64,000 bases of DNA from Octopus vulgaris (GCA_951406725.2 OX597824.1:40486001-40550000), one strand, 5' to 3'; positions 1 through 12,795 are shown, counted from the first letter of the stretch. Notes: a model not told the origin generated them from the sequence alone. Numbers and translations: made by a program.

Positions 1-1046
1 TTTCTTCTCTTGCTTAACCTTTTTACATCTGTTTTTTTTTCCATTCTGTCATGGGTCAAATGAGACATCTTGAAACAGTATCCTAAGGTTGGATGCCCTT
101 CCTGATTCCAGCCATAACTTGTTATTCAAACACACCACCAGTCTTTGCTTGTCATTCAGCACAAATATCATAACCTAACAAAAGAATTCCTTTCCCTCAG
201 CACAAAAATAGCCACAAATTGTACAAAGTATTCAACAGGAATAACATAAAGGTCAACAACCCAAAACCTATTTATTCACGTATTCATCATTGTTATAATC
301 ATCATGCTTTCGTGGGTCACACAGAATTATTTGAGGCAGCTTTTCTACAACTGGATACCCTTCCTGTTGCCAACCCTCATTTATTTTCAAGCAAGGCAGT
401 ATTTCATCATGGCCATAAGATTTTTTGCAGAACATTGTAAACAAATGACATTGCTTGTATGACAATGACCTCAATTGCAACTCTCATGTGCTGTCAAGAC
501 AAAAACAAACACACACACACAGAGGATTCTTTCAGTTTCTATTTACCAAATCCACTCACAAAGGCTTTGGCCATCCAAGGACCATAGAAGACACTTGCCC
601 AAATTGTCCAAACATAGTTTTGCCACATATTGTTAAGCCATAGCTCACCATTTTACAAATGTTAATAATGAATGTTACATATCAGTCCTACTAAATATTA
701 GATGTTACAGTATATATTTATTTGGTCAGCAATTTGCTATTAATATTCTTCTGAACTCATACAAGAACATACACACACATATACACACTTGATATGTGTA
801 TGAAACTGACATATATGTGCCTGGGGTAACTTTACATTAAGGAGTGGAATGTGCAATATCCTGTAATTCAGACCACCTCATGGTCCCAGCAGACAAAATG
901 GCAAAGGAAATGTGCTGGAACAGCCACTTTAACTCACATGGCTCTAAATTGCAGATAGCCATCTCCACCCCAATAGCAGTGAGCAGGGATATGGTTTAGG
1001 GGTCAAGAACGCCAGTGGTTTCCACTGCCACAAGCTCAACCATATA

Positions 1047-1574
1047 CTGTAATGCCTAGATATACAAGTTATCTTGTTCTCGGAGACTGCTTATAAATCG
1101 AAAACTCATAAAGCAGAGCAATAACTTCCCATAGTAGCAATGTTATAAATCATAATTCCTTCCCAGAAAAATATTTTACTTATAAAATTTATAATACTCA
1201 TAAATAAATGGCAATAAAACAATGGTAGAATGTGAAGAATATTTTATATAAAGTAAAAAGAACGTCAAGATCATTTATAATAAGAAATATTACTATTATA
1301 ATCGTTTTCTGGATCACTTTCACTCACACTAGACTTGTGCACACCATCGCTTGTAGACGTGATCATCAATTCATAAGCACTCATAGACAGACTTATAGAT
1401 TTCTTTTTAAAAAAACAAGTCTAGAGTTGTTTGCTTAGGGGGAGCCTTTTTCTGCTCTCTATAAATCTCTGTTGCATGTAGAAGCATTTGTTATGGTAGT
1501 AGAAACTTTTGCACTTTGTTCAAAATTTGGATCTTGTGCTTGAAAAATAAAACTTGTAAAGTGAAGTATTACTG
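1047..1574. mobile_element. Tigger/pogo-like non-autonomous DNA transposon (MITE), degenerate
   Basis: Imperfect ~22 bp TIRs (ta|ctgtaatgcctagatatacaag ... cttgtaaagtgaagtattactg|ta) flanked by TA; no coding capacity. Confidence 0.5.
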
Positions 1575-1867
1575 TATCTGTCAGACAGTGACCGATATCT
1601 TGACAGTTTGCTTTTCTCAGCCTGACAAGCTGCAGAGTCTGGGCTGGTAGCTGAACATCCCAAGTTGCCACTGGAGGTGTTACAGCATGTGACATCCCAG
1701 ATCTGGAGCCTACCATCACAGAACGGGAAATCATACCCTCAGGTCTTTTATTGTCTCCTTGGTCAAGCCCCGCTGGCTCAATTTAGGAAGGGAAGCCTGT
1801 GTTGTTATGAATTTCTTCTGAACTATTCATTTGTTTTGACATATTCATATATTTCAATCTTTTTCAG

Positions 1868-2049
1868 ATATTGGCATCCGAAAGAGAGAAAATTCTAAAT
1901 GTTTTAAAAGAGAAAGAAGGAGAGACTGAGACACTATCAAAGAAAAATGAGACATTGGCACAGACCACAGCAAACCTTCGGCATACCCTAGAAACTATAG
2001 AACTGAAAACTAAAGAACTCTTATATGAGAAAGCAGAAGCAGAGAAACA
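1868..2049 (+). CDS. PLEKHD1: PLEKHD1-like coiled-coil protein, internal exon (ILASEREKILNVLKEKEGETETLSKKNETLAQTTANLRHTLETIELKTKELLYEKAEAEK)
   Basis: Acceptor ttttcag ending 1867; donor gtaaga at 2050; E/K/L-rich coiled-coil composition; ends phase 2, matching the next exon. Upstream exons including the PH domain are not recognised in this window. Confidence 0.85.
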
Positions 2050-2269
2050 GTAAGAGACATAATTTGGCCTTTTGTTTTTACATTGTTTTCAGTTGTTTTG
2101 AAATGTAACTGTCTATCTTTGTTACATGTTTACAGAGAAGTTTTGTTACATAGATTACATAATTAGTGTTGGGTAACTTCTAGAGAAAACACTGCAGCTA
2201 AGGTAAAAACAGGGGAAAATAAGTGTAAGAAGCTGTTACCTATGCTGCTTGAAGCAAAGAATTTCTCCA

Positions 2270-2560
2270 ATACTCTCTCTCTCTCCCTCTATCTCTCATA
2301 CTTTCTTTTCAGTTATCTCTTTTCACTCTTTATGTATCTCTCCCTCTTTCTTTTCTACTTGTCTCTCTCCTCCCACTTTCCCTTCCTTCTCTATACTCCT
2401 TCCTCTGTCTATTGTTCTTATCTCCATTTATCTTCCTTCCTTCTCTCTATTACTCCCTTCTGTTTCTCTGTCTGTCTGTCTGTCTCTTCTCTCTCTATTT
2501 ATCTCATCTCCTTCTCTTTACTGCTCTCTTCATGTCCCTCTCTCTTTCTCCCCCAGTTCA
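2270..2560. repeat. CT-rich low-complexity tract
   Basis: Degenerate (CT)n/(TCTG)n sequence; source of spurious S/L/F-rich ORFs. Confidence 0.85.
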
Positions 2561-3393
2561 TCTAATGTTTCTTCACATCATCAGGAATATGCTCCTTTCC
2601 CCTTTCTTCTCCTAGGTAGAAAAAATTTTGATGGGTGAAAGAATTAAATTATAAAACTACAGAAAGCAAACAAGGAAGTGACAGACAGAGAGAGACTAAT
2701 AAAAGAATGGAAAGGAAGAAGAGAAAGACTTGTGACAAAGTTAAGAACATGACTGTGTATGGTTTTGCTTGCATGCAAGTGTGTATGATGGACCGATAAG
2801 TAGATAGAGTTATCTGCTCCTTCCACCCCATTTTGTGTTATACTTTCAGATGGAGTAGATGCAGTTTGGCTGAATGGTTAAGCAGTTCACTTTGCAACAA
2901 GGACCCAGGTTCAATCCCATTGCAAGACATCTTTAGCAAATGTCATTTTCTATAGCCTCAAGTCAGTCAATACTTTGTTAGTGAAACTGGGTAAACAGTG
3001 ACTGTAGATGATCCATTAGGTGGATTGTACCTATAATTCAAAAGGTACACATGTCTGTGGAATACTCAGCCAATTACATGTTAATTCAGTTGACTGAACA
3101 ACAGAATCCTCATCATCAAACAATGGAGATCCACCGCTACTGTCAGTTAAAAAGATAAAAGGTTTTGTTTCTCATTAAGAACAGTATTAATGCTCCAACA
3201 ATGTATGGTCTCTTTCTCTATAAATCTGAGACTCCATGCCACTACGTAAACAAAATAGTAAAATAAACATGGTTTACTTCCTGAATTTTAATTTAAAACA
3301 TTTTCTTCCTGGTCAGATGTTACATGGTGATGTTGGCATTACTACTACAACTACTGTTGTTGTTGCTATTGCTGCTTGTTTGTTTGTTTGTTG

Positions 3394-3745
3394 AGCGAAG
3401 CGGTCTTCGTCCTAGTGGGAGAAATCCGGAACATGGTCCTTTGCTATTCGTAAGACCCGCAGAAGAGAAAGCAGGTCAACCCCCGACACCAAGAGCATTG
3501 ATGGATGAATGCACATCCAGGCTCAGCAGTGGCGTAGGAAGTCGGGGACAAGAAACAGGAAGAAAGCGTGAGAGAAAGTTGGAATGAAAGAGTACAACAG
3601 GATCGCCACCACCCCCTGCTGGAGCCTCGTGAAGCTTTACGTGTTTTTGCTCAATAAACACACACAACGCCCGGTCTGGGAATCAAAACCATGATCCTCC
3701 TACCGCAAGTCCGCTGCCCTAACCACTGGGCCATTGCGCCTCCAC
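3394..3745 (-). mobile_element. tRNA-derived SINE, family C (second copy 6325-6569)
   Basis: Minus strand starts tggaggcgcaatggcccagtggttagggcagcggac...ggttttgattcccagacc (Pol III A/B-box-like tRNA head); closely similar body at 6325-6569. Confidence 0.8.
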
Positions 3746-3962
3746 TTGCCGTTGCTGCTGCTGTTATTGTTTTTTAGCCCTAGGTCAGTGCTGATCAGGT
3801 TGAGTTATGATCAAAAGCTTTTCAATAACAACTGTGCTTACTGTCTCTTTTGTATATCAAGAACTGCATCATCTAGAATGCCCTTCCCTTTTTTTAAGAT
3901 GTAGTGTGTGATTTAAAAGAGATTTTATTGCCACTTTTTGCAGGACATGCAACCATGTTTTT

Positions 3963-4101
3963 CTGGCATGGGCAACCTTTTTCGAGAAGCGGACCATATG
4001 ACTCATCATGAGGTGGGCTGCACTACTGAAAAAATTCAAAATAATTTTTCGTTATGCATTCCATTCAGAAAGTCTTATGGGCCTCAGTTTCCCCATGACT
4101 G
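3963..4101. mobile_element. Small hAT-like MITE remnant
   Basis: Termini ctggcatgggcaa ... ttccccatgactg form imperfect TIRs; TSD poorly preserved. Confidence 0.4.
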
Positions 4102-4433
4102 ATGTAGATGTTTCATCATTAACTGGATGACATTATGGCTGTTGACGTTAAGATAATGAGCTGGCAGAATTATTTGCATGTTGGACAAAATGCTTAGCAG
4201 CATTTCTTCCAGCTTTTACTTTCTGAATTCAAATGCTGCCAAGGCCATCTCTGCTGTTCAATAAAATATGTACCAGTTGAGTACTGGGGATAATCTAATT
4301 GACTAGCCCCCCACCCCACCCCCGCTCCTAAAATTTCAGGTCTTGTGCCTTTGGTCAAAAGAAGATATTGTTGTTGACGTTGTTGTTGTTATTGTCGTTG
4401 TTGATGTCATTGTCATCATTGCTCTTATTTCAG

Positions 4434-4524
4434 ATTGTCTGAAAATGATGAACGAACTTCTCAGTTGAAAGCTGAAAAGGAATATTTCAGTGACCAAGCT
4501 CACTCAATGCAAGCTACTATTTTG
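4434..4524 (+). CDS. PLEKHD1: PLEKHD1-like exon (Q LSENDERTSQLKAEKEYFSDQAHSMQATIL)
   Basis: Acceptor cttatttcag, donor gtaagg at 4525; 91 nt, phase 2 to phase 0, no stops, continues the coiled coil. Confidence 0.85.
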
Positions 4525-4869
4525 GTAAGGTCCAAGCTTTCTCACATTTAGAATGTTCTCTTTCAATGGATTTTGTATCACAAAGTAATTGCCTCCTGTC
4601 TCTCTACTATCTCCCTGCCTATACATCTACCTACCTACCTTTACTATATCACCATGTTGCTCTCATAGAGCTGTCTACCTATGTATCTACATGTGTCTAT
4701 CATACAGCTACCTCCCTACCCAGCTATATCTTTATATATGTCTATCATAAATCTGGTTATTAATTTATATTGCAGTGATTTGTTAGCATAGAACAAAATG
4801 CCTTCTGATATTTGTTCTGGCTCATTGTCCTCTAAGTTCAAATCTTGTCGTGGTCAACTTAGCTTTTAA

Positions 4870-5130
4870 CAGAATTGATGGATGACTTGTTAATCTACTG
4901 CAATAGAACTGCCTGATGACTTATTATTAACTGTAATAAGATTGACTATTGACTTGTTGTTAGGCACCTGTAATAAGATTGTTAAATGACTTATTAGTCA
5001 CCTGTGATTGGACCGACTGATGACTTGACTTGTTAGTCAATTGTAGTAGGATTGACTGATGACCTGTTGTTAGCCATCTATAATAGGACTAACTGATGAC
5101 TTATTGTGAGTCATTTACAATAGGACTAGT
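4870..5130. repeat. Degenerate ~37 bp minisatellite (gattgactgatgacttgttgttagtcatctgtaatag-like), about 7 units
   Basis: Recurrent gactgatgactt...tta...ctgtaatag units in tandem. Confidence 0.75.
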
Positions 5131-5411
5131 TTACAATGTTTTGTTAGATACTTTTTATTCTAAAATATCAGCAACACATCAACCGAGGAGCTTGTATGCA
5201 GTCATTTGGTATGCTAGAAATAATAAACAAGTGTCAATGAAATCACTCTTTACTCCTCTTAAAAAAAAAAAAAGAAATGATACATTAAATAATGTAGTTC
5301 TAGAAATACTATGTCATAAAAAAAGGATATATTCACAGATGAAACATTTTGATCATATGCTGTTTGAACAACTATAACATTGGTCAAATAACTGACTTAT
5401 TCATTGTACAG

Positions 5412-5517
5412 TACCAACAGTCATTGCAATACCTGGATCAGGTAGTTACAGCCAAAACTGTAAACATAGAAGAGGGGATTCGAGAAGGCATGATAGTCAA
5501 TGTTGGAATGTTAAAAA
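5412..5517 (+). other. Duplicated partial copy of exon 6953-7103 (YQQSLQYLDQVVTAKTVNIEEGIREGMIVNVGMLK); pseudo-exon or alternative exon
   Basis: About 5416-5583 aligns to about 7002-7170 including the donor and ~65 nt of downstream intron; AG at 5410-5411; open frame. Confidence 0.7.
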
Positions 5518-5718
5518 GTATAGTTTTTTTTGTTTGGTTTTTAGTTATTTACATTTTGCTTTGAAATTTTAAAAGTTTTTTTGTTTTTTTTTACAATTTA
5601 CAAGATAAATAAATGTTCTTCTTTTTATGTTTTACAATTTTACAAGATAAATAAATGTTCTCTTACACACCAATGGATAATTTTTGTTAATTTTTTAAAT
5701 GTCTTTTGTCTTTATCAG

Positions 5719-5760
5719 GATTTAAACGCACAGAAAGAATTGACAGAATCTGAACTTAGG
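5719..5760 (+). CDS. PLEKHD1: PLEKHD1-like 42 nt exon (DLNAQKELTESELR)
   Basis: Acceptor cttttgtctttatcag, donor gtaaat at 5761; phase 0/0. Confidence 0.8.
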
Positions 5761-5963
5761 GTAAATAGTTTTTCCATCTTTAAAAAACTGTTACTCACAC
5801 CCACCACTTTTATCTTCTCCGATGCTAATGTCATCTTCACCCTCCTCCTTGTCCATTAATATTATCATCACCATTACATTATATCACCATTTACAATATG
5901 TTGTCTTTATCAGTCATGGATAATCACCATCACCACCTTTACCTTCTTCAGCATCATCTAAAC

Positions 5964-6220
5964 CAGTGGTTCTCAACTTGGGGTCTCCGTATGACCCTCA
6001 AGTGTCCATATGGCCCTTGGGGGTCCATATAAGATTTTGTTGCCAAAATTTATCTGCAATAAATTACTTATACTTCTACAATACACAAAGTATTTTACAA
6101 ATTTTTTAATACAATTCCTAATAATATCTAACTATAAAAATATGATTTTTAAAATTCTGAATGGCTAAAAGGGTCCATTTGAGGAAAATAGGAATCAAAG
6201 GGATCCATTGAGAAACACTG
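5964..6220. mobile_element. hAT (Charlie-like) MITE
   Basis: TIR cagtggttctcaa ... ttgagaaacactg; 8 bp TSD atctaaac / atcaaaac (1 mismatch). Confidence 0.8.
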
Positions 6221-6952
6221 ATCAAAACTATCTTCATCAATACCACTTTTTAGGGCACCACCACTACCACCACTATAAGCATATTCAAATTGAAGAAGCA
6301 AGGCTACTATTAGTTTCTGTGGCGTATGTGTTCCCCTCCAGCTGGACAGGATGCCAATTCATTGCAGCTTTACTCAAGAAACAGGAAGAGAAAGTGAGAG
6401 AATGTTGTGGCAAAAGAGTACAATAGGGGTCGCCACCAGCCCCTGAGCCTCGTGGAGCTTTTTAGGTGTTTTCGCTCAATAAACACACACAATACCCAGT
6501 CTGGGAATCAAAACCGCAATCCTCCGACTGTGAGTCCGCTGCCCTAACCACTGGGCCATTGCACCTCCACACTATTGGTCAAAGGTCATCAAAAACAAAT
6601 CAGAGGTGAACTGTATCAAAATATTCATGATCACATGCATTCAGGTATGTCCAGTATTTGCAAAAGAAAAATTGTATCTGCGACATTCATAGGAGACTCA
6701 TGATGGGTGTAAAAACTATATCAAGATTCAATTGCTTTTAAACATTCAAACTGTTGCATATTATTTTAATGAACATTGTAGTTTAGTTGACTGAAAAACT
6801 AAACATTCATAATTGTAAATTCTGCACAGGATTCATTAATATGTTCATCTGTGGGTGCATACATGCACATGTTTGTGTGTGTATGCTTGTAACTTGCACT
6901 ATTATTTTTTTTTTAATTTTCTTTTTTTTTCTTTTTTTTTTTTTTTTTTCAG

Positions 6953-7103
6953 GAAGAAATTTTGGCTCGGATTGATGCCGAGAGGAGGCTAAGAAAGGCC
7001 GAACAGTCATTGCAATACCTTGATCAGGCAGTTACAGCCGAAACTGAAAACATAGAAGAGGGAGTTCGAGAAGGCATGATAGTCAATGTTGGAATGTTAA
7101 AAA
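6953..7103 (+). CDS. PLEKHD1: PLEKHD1-like exon (EEILARIDAERRLRKAEQSLQYLDQAVTAETENIEEGVREGMIVNVGMLK)
   Basis: Long poly-T acceptor ending ag at 6952; donor gtatag at 7104; 151 nt, phase 0 to phase 1. Confidence 0.88.
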
Positions 7104-8538
7104 GTATAGTTTTTTTTGTTTGCTTTTTAGTTATTTACATTTTGCTTTGAAATTTTAAAAGTTTTTTTTTTTGCAATTTTTTATTATTTGTTTTAATTTA
7201 TGTTTTTAATCCATATACCTCAGTATATTCTTTAAACATTTTTCCTTCTGGTTTTGGCAATTGTTGGTGAATCTTATCATTCATTACCCCAAATATATAA
7301 ATTGACAAAGTTTAAATTTAAAATTTATTATCAATCTATAAACCATTAAATATTTCTTCTGTCTCCACAAGATTTTGAATTGAAACTGCATAAATTTATT
7401 AATCATTTCTCCAATTTGAAAACTGATGAGGATGATTAATTAATTAAATGTTGTTTCATGTTTATAATACTTATACTATTTTCACCTTTCCATCAGCTTT
7501 CTTATTAGTTGTTTAATTTTTCCTAGATTTTATTTATAGAATTGTCTTTCTTCATCCTTCATTTATTTATTATTATTTTTAAATTTGTTGAGAAATAAAA
7601 ATAAAATATTTTTAAATGCTGTTGACATTCACATAATACCTTAGATTTTTAAAAGAAATCTGTCATTTAATTCATTAGATTTATATAGATTTTGTTAGTT
7701 TATACCAAGGCATCAACTATCTACCCTATCTAAGATGTATCTCTTGGAAACTTCATAAAAAAAAAAACATGTATTTTTATGAAAATTATTGGTAAACAAA
7801 GTCAGAAGGGTGGGGGCACACTTATGTAGGTATACCATTTATCTTTTGAAATATTCAATTCTATAATGCTAAAACATTGAAATACATTTTCTTTCAGTCT
7901 AAGGCTTTTATGCATAAGATAACCCCCTACATAAATTACTTTTATCATTTTTGAATTCACATATGAAGTCAAACCTCCTATCAGTTGTCACCTGTACTGT
8001 AAGAACTTCTATTTTTACATTTTAATTGCATCTCTGACATTATTTTCTCTGTTTCTCATACATGAATTTTTGCCAAGACTGCTGTTTCTATCAGCAGTTA
8101 GAACCATTTCACTTTATTTTCAATGTTAATGGCTTTAGGCAAAGGAATGGCTGTCACACCATCACTTTTTTCCTCCACTCTCTTACAATTTGTAAGGCCT
8201 CACATCTGGTCACTATGATATGATAGATATAACAACTGAATAATGACTGGGTGTATTAAATGAGGTGACAAAAAGTAGTCAATAACTTGTAGATACAACT
8301 GTGATAAATCGAGAGAAAAATGGAAGTTTGTATTGTGAATTACAGTTTGTTTACACCATAACATTTTCTTATCCAATAGCCTTACAGTAATCTGCCAATA
8401 AGGATATGGGAGGGAAGGGGGGCAATAAAAAGTTCAAGGTTCATGCAGAAGAAGCGTGTTAGTGAATGGGTGTGTGAAATGGCAGAATGCTGTCTGTAGC
8501 TGTGTAGAAAGACAGCTTATTTTTTTTCTCAGAGATTG

Positions 8539-8576
<38 letters not shown>

Positions 8577-8899
8577 GCTCAAAGCTGAATTAGGTCACTG
8601 TCACTGGAGGTAAATTAGGTTTGTTTAAATACACCTAAATTAATAATGAATTTGTGAGAGATTACACAAACAAATTTTAAGTGCACAATTTCAGAATAAA
8701 GGAAGCAAACACGAGCTCTTAATTTTTGGTTCTTTTGTCACAAACAAGTTATATACCTCCTAAAAGGACCTCCTACATATTTCTCTATCTCTGATCACCT
8801 GCCCTTTAATGTAATGGTTACTGTTGTTCCTCTAAAATATTAATTTTCTATATCTCTCTACATTTGTATACACTAACCTCATTATTATTCTTTTAATAA

Positions 8900-11340
8900 T
8901 TATTATAATTTGACTTGACACAGGATTGGTCCTATTCCTGGTAAAATATCATGTGGGTAATGAGTTACTGCCTGTAACCTAGATATCCACATGATTTCAC
9001 TAAGCCATCAAGTGCTCAAAACTCTTCTGATGATCTTTCTGTAGAAATTCTACAGGATATTCTATTTTAATCTCCTTCAACCATTTATCTCTTTCATCAA
9101 TTACAGTCCCTAATGCACCAATTATCACAGGTCCAATCTTTACAGATTTCAAATTTTAAAGTGTTATATTTTTTCCAACTTTTCAATTACTTTCTTCACA
9201 ATCCTAGTGTCAAATGGACATAATGGATCCATTAGTGAGCAAATTCGAGTTCCCTTGTCTATTTCTGTAACATCTGGCTTGTTGCATTCTATTTTCTTAT
9301 CCATTTAAATGAGAATATCCCACAAAAATTTTGCTTGTTACCAACTCAAGTACTCTTTCTACCAAATGGTTATACCATGAACTTTCTGCACCAAACCTCC
9401 ATTTCTGACAAAGTTTCCAGTGTAAAACTTTCACAGTTTGATCATGTCCTCATTTCTTATATTCTCCTTGGGCCAACTTGGGGCATTTTGCAACAATGTG
9501 TGCCATTATTTCATCCCAAATTTCACATCCTCTTCATTTTTCCAACACCTTATCCCAATATATATATATATATATTTTCTCAAGTTGTTTGTTTGCAGTA
9601 TTTGATCTTGGGCAGCTATAATAAGACTCTCTTTTTTACTCTCTTTTACTTGTTTCAGTCATTTGACTGCGGCCATGCTGGAGTCCCACCTTTATAGTTG
9701 AGCTAATCAACCTCAGAGCTTATTCTTTGTAAGCCTAGTACTTATTCTATCGGCCTCTTTTGCCAAACCACTAAGTTACAGGGACATAAATGCACCAACA
9801 TCAGTTGTCAACTGATGCTGGGGGGGACAAACATACACACACACACACACATATACGACGGGCTTCTTCCAGTTTCCGTCTACTAAATCCACTCACAAGG
9901 CTTTGGTCAGCCAGAGGCTATAGTAGAAGACACTTGCCCAAGGTGCCACGCAGTGGGACTGAACTCGGGACCATGTGGTTGGTAAGCAAGCTACTTACCA
10001 CACAACCACTCCTGTTTTTTTGTTTTCAATTGCCCCTTTTCCAACCAAGCCCAGGATTTTTTTCCGTATACATCTTCAGTGGCTTTCCAAAACTGATCAT
10101 ACAAAGGTTTCTCATCAATATACTTAACATATTCTCTTTGAATTTCATTATTGTCCTTTCTTCCTTTTCTAGTCTTGATCACCTGTTCTTTATTCACTGC
10201 CTTTAGTAACACTTTAGTACTGTTCTGCAAATAATCTAGTAATCTGTTTAGTTCCATCTGCACACACTCTTCAACACCAATTAAGCCTCTTCCAAACTAG
10301 TATCCTTCTTCATGTACAACCAATTAATATCAGCTTTCAGATGGTGGGCTTTATATATAGTCAACAGCTTTCTAGTTTTTATGTCAAGTTTCTGCATCTT
10401 ACCTTTTGTCCAATCCATGATTCCATTGCCATATCTGATAACTGGTACTGCTCTTGAATTAATCACTTCAGTAACATTTCTTGAATTCAACCTTGACTGT
10501 AATATTTTCTTCACTCTCCCTGTATACACCCCATTAGTAATTTGCTTCATCTCTTCATGTTTTATTTTATCTACCTCCAGTTTTCTCAACAGATTTCATT
10601 GTTTGTCCGTTTGGCATTTCAATTCCATGGCCTCCTTCAAATCTTCCCCATTTCATTATCAAAATAGCACACTTTTCAACCCTGAATTCCATTTCTACAT
10701 CATTCAAGAAAATACAAACAGTATATACAAGGCTTTCCAGCTGCTTGTTTTTCATATAAAGTTTTAAATCATCCATGAATAGATGATTTATCTGACCACA
10801 CCATTTTCCTAAAGTCATTTGCTATTTTGACTTACCATTATACCAAATTAAGCAGTATCATAGCCAATAAATATAGTAATAGAGATAGGTTATCACCTTT
10901 ACAATGTACCATGTCTGATGTTCACCATCCCAAGTTTTTGTTTCCCGCCAATAAATTCATTACTCTAATGTTTCATACTTCCATTGACGATTTTCTCCAT
11001 GTTTTCTACCAATGTAATCAGGCTCATTGTTTTACTTATCCAATTGTGCAACATTATACCATATGCTTTTGTATAATGCAACCATGCTACATCTAATCCC
11101 ATCAATCTGCATCTGTAATTTCTGATCACTATTTTACCAACTAAAAACTGGTTTTTTAGTTGCCCTACATGACCCACTACATCCTTTCTGTTCTGCTAGA
11201 AGCAAATTATTACTTCCCAGATGATGATGCACTTTTCTGCCAAGACACCGGGCATAAGCTTCCACATAAGTTACAAGTTGAAAATTTGACCTTTCAAGAT
11301 TTACTTGGAATTTACCTTTCAAGAAATACTTCAGACACAA
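8900..11340 (-). mobile_element. Decayed, 5'-truncated R4/Dong-like non-LTR retrotransposon (RT plus restriction-like endonuclease), interrupted by a SINE
   Basis: Minus-strand fragments: INHLFMDDLKLY (RT motif), INSRAVPVIRYG, KLDIKTRKLLT, CNKPDV (~9270-9290), PVIIGALGT (~9105-9131), terminal KIIRRVLST*; many frameshifts and stops. Confidence 0.8.
9627..10013 (-). mobile_element. SINE family B, near full-length, inserted in the LINE
   Basis: Reverse complement matches 60954-61344 (caggagtggttgtgtggtaagtagcttgc...tgactgaaacaagtaaaagag). Confidence 0.85.
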
Positions 11341-11396
11341 GAACCATTTGAACTTGGACCTGAATATAATTACCTGTATATTATTTCCCTTTGCAG

Positions 11397-11534
11397 CTTT
11401 CTTTGAGGATCTTGCAGCAGAATCCAAGATTGATGCCAACAAACCAATTGTGATAAAAAACATGGTCCATGCTCGGAAAACATTAACAAGGAAGGCAAAC
11501 ACACTAAAATTTGAAAAGAGAAGAAGATCATGTA
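11397..11534 (+). CDS. PLEKHD1: PLEKHD1-like exon (T FFEDLAAESKIDANKPIVIKNMVHARKTLTRKANTLKFEKRRRSC)
   Basis: Acceptor tttccctttgcag, donor gtaagt at 11535; phase 1/1. Resembles the vertebrate PLEKHD1 C-terminal motif as I recall it (LKRFFEE...KMPVIMKNSV...RFHRRRS); this is the main basis for the gene symbol. Confidence 0.88.
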
Positions 11535-12040
11535 GTAAGTTATATTATCAACATCATCATTGTTATTATCAATATATATTATGAACGGTATAATTATATA
11601 TTATTTTTAAAAACACATTTGCTCTTAACTGTAAAATTTTGTGTGATACGTTGTGTATAATGTTAGATTTGGGGACCAAAACTGTCATAGTGGTTGGTGA
11701 AAAAACTTTGCAGCCTAACACCATCTTAGTTTTGATGGAAAAAGTTATAGGACATGGGATTTTGCAATATAGATATTCAAGAATGATTTTGGCTAATATC
11801 ATTCCATGAATCTCTCTCTCTCTTTCTTTCTCTCTCTCCCTCTCTCTCTTTCTTTCTCTCTCCCCCCCCTCTCTCTCTCTCTCTCTCTTAAACATGTTGA
11901 AAGTATCACTTCCCACCAAAAGAATTTTTCTGTAATTTTTTGATACAGGGAGATAACTCCAACTTTTCAGATCGATTTAAAAATCATTGCAATAGCAAGT
12001 CCTTTCCCTTGAGATTATTTACAGTACTTTTATATATATA

Positions 12041-12795
12041 CGTGGTCTGATCAATAAGAATTCGGACTGTTGTCTTTGTAACAAAGCTAAAGTACACAAA
12101 TCTAAAGCTATTCGCACTAAGTTTTAACGTTGTAGCTCACTTCCACGGTTTACAGTAGTGCTTGGAAGGAAGGTGTGCAGTGTGTGATTGTCGCCTACGC
12201 AAAGTTTTCAAAAAGTTTTCATCGTTCTCGACACAATCAAGGCAATCTTGTGCAACAGAAACCCAAGTGTCTTTTCGGTCAGCTGAAAGCAGTTTTGACA
12301 CAAACTTGGCAGACACGCATCTCATACCCAAATCTTTAGTGATAATGGATTGAACTGAACTATAACTAATCTGCACATTTTCTCATAACTCACGAATAAT
12401 GATTCAACGATTTCCCCTCATAGCTGCATGCACCTCTGTGATGTTTTTCTCAGTTCTGCTGGTTGCGGGTCTCCCAGAACGTTCATCTATATCAACATTT
12501 TTCCAGCCATCTTGGAAACGTCTGACCCACTCATACACTTGTGTGTGACTCATACACTTTCTGCAACTTTGCGTTGGCCTCTGAGCAGGTGTCACCACGA
12601 CAATTTTCTCTGCCATGGTCAATGTGACAAACACCCACTATGTACCTTCCTTCCAAGCACTGTTGTAAACAGTGGAAGTGAGCTAGAACATTAAAACTTA
12701 GTGCACATTCACAGCAGAGTTCAAAATCAATCTGTGCCAAGCAGCATCATTCTGCGTGCTTGGTAACAGTCCAGATACTTACTGATCAGACCTCA
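12041..12795 (-). mobile_element. Internally deleted mariner transposon
   Basis: TA-flanked ~30 bp TIRs (cgtggtctgatcaataagaattcggactgtt / aacagtccagatacttactgatcagacctca); transposase N-terminal remnants QVYEWVRRFQDG..DERSGRPATS and LGMRCVSAKFVSKLLS. Confidence 0.88.

Noticed and set aside
1621-1742. Possible additional exon upstream of 1868 (ttttctcag ... caggtc)
   Set aside because: Weak donor, no coiled-coil or PH-like translation, and it lies beside a MITE; unsupported.
2242-2638. 107-129 aa hydrophobic S/L/F-rich ORFs resembling membrane proteins
   Set aside because: They derive from a CT-rich low-complexity intron tract.
3670-3745. tRNA gene-like sequence (also the heads at 6500-6569 and 46353-46425)
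   Set aside because: These are SINE heads continuing into shared SINE bodies, with no proper acceptor stem or terminator.
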